DNA of 18,848 nucleotides, taken from NCBI GenBank assembly GCA_035285125.1, contig JAYKHR010000005.1, positions 1-18,848 on the forward strand, written 5' to 3'. The DNA comes from Candidatus Sericytochromatia bacterium. Lineage in GTDB: Bacteria; Cyanobacteriota; Sericytochromatia; S15B-MN24; JAQBPE01. A program made the translations under genes and the position numbers. Of the stretch, positions 16,393 to 18,848 are shown one piece after another; positions within the stretch are counted from its first letter, which is position 1, and each line of letters starts with the position of its first letter. The notes under the pieces were generated by a model. That model made no database searches and was not told where the DNA came from. It was given only the letters and a program-made list of their open reading frames with translations.

Positions 16393-17248
16393 GCCCGGTA
16401 GCCACGCGGCCGGGCATCGGCACCAGCGGCAGCGAGGCCCCCACCTGCGCCTGCCAGGTCGGCGACACCGCGACGAGGTTCGCGTAGCTGAAGAAGTCCC
16501 CCAGCCGGTCGAGCTCGAGGGGCGTGAGCCCCGCGGGCGTCAGCAGCCAGAGCGCGTAGCCGTGCCGGCCGAGCAGGTGCCGCGCCTCCAGCACCGAGCT
16601 GTCGCAGGCCCGCCAGGCGGCGTTGTACTCGAGCTGGATCAGGCCGAGGCGCCCCTCGGCGAGCAGCTGTCGCGCGCCCTGCAGCACCCGCAGGTCGTGG
16701 CCCTCGGTGTCAATCTTCAGGAGGTCGACCGCCGGCCACCCCTGGGCCGCCACCAGGGCGTCCAGCGTGACGGCCTCCACCTGCCGCGCCAGGCTGTCGG
16801 CCCGAGAGGCCCCGGCCACCAGGCTGGAGGTCTCGCCGGCCCCCGGCTCCTCGTGGAAGGTCACGGCCGGATGCGCCTCGTCGGAGGCGGCCGCCTCCAC
16901 CACCGTGAGGCCTGGCTGGTCGGCGAACCTGGCCCGGAGGCGCGCCGCCGCCTCGGCACCTGGCTCCACCAGCACGCCTTGCAGCGGGCGTCCGGCCGCC
17001 CCCAGCAGGTGGGCCGTCCACTCGCCCACGTTGGCGCCGACGTCGATGAAGGTCCGAACGCGGGGGGCGGCCGCTGATGCCAGCAGCCCCTCCCCGTTGC
17101 GGGTCAGGTTGGTGTGGCCGCAGCGCCGCGTGACGGCCAGCCCCACCACCAGCGCGCACTGGTTTCGCACCGCCAGCGCCAGCCGCGTGGCGGCCGGGGA
17201 GCCCGCCAGCGCGTAGCGCAGCCGGTGTAGCCAGGCGTCGAGGCCCAC
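16376..17248 (-). CDS. FkbM-family methyltransferase
   Basis: FIDVGANVGEW, VEP, VTLD, DLLKIDTEGHDLRVLQGA, IQLEYN. The start is placed at GTG 17248, just after the proS stop, because the ORF-track extension to 17611 lies inside proS. The exact start is uncertain. Confidence 0.9.
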   Translation of the reverse strand: MGLDAWLHRLRYALAGSPAATRLALAVRNQCALVVGLAVTRRCGHTNLTRNGEGLLASAAAPRVRTFIDVGANVGEWTAHLLGAAGRPLQGVLVEPGAEAAARLRARFADQPGLTVVEAAASDEAHPAVTFHEEPGAGETSSLVAGASRADSLARQVEAVTLDALVAAQGWPAVDLLKIDTEGHDLRVLQGARQLLAEGRLGLIQLEYNAAWRACDSSVLEARHLLGRHGYALWLLTPAGLTPLELDRLGDFFSYANLVAVSPTWQAQVGASLPLVPMPGRVATGLTSGA

Positions 17249-17256
17249 GCGGCCCG

Positions 17257-18848
<1,592 letters not shown>

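Overview
Very GC-rich bacterial DNA (roughly 70-75% by eye), densely coding, with 12 genes supported by the sequence: 11 on the minus strand and 1 on the plus. Left to right: a membrane transglutaminase-like gene (missed by the ORF track, runs off the left edge), DUF58, a MoxR AAA+ ATPase, two paralogous ~840-900 aa beta-propeller lipoproteins, a phospholipase-D-fold protein lacking both catalytic histidines, an FAH-family hydrolase, a small HNH nuclease with an IscB/IshB-like PLMP-type N-terminus and a potentially structured upstream region, a class I SAM methyltransferase, a divergent Ser/Thr kinase-STAND ATPase-TPR-like protein, an FkbM methyltransferase and 5'-truncated proS. I saw no rRNA, tRNA, CRISPR array or transposase. 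The most interesting signals are: (1) the IshB-like HNH gene with its leader; (2) the pseudo-PLD behind an AT-rich promoter with two TTAA-N7-TTAA pairs; (3) the lipoprotein pair, one with an octapeptide repeat, upstream of MoxR-DUF58-transglutaminase; (4) a recurring GGGYA(T/G) motif upstream of five genes. A non-photosynthetic relative of Cyanobacteria (e.g. Sericytochromatia) is my tentative, unverified guess for the source. All family calls come from motif recognition by eye; no searches were run.
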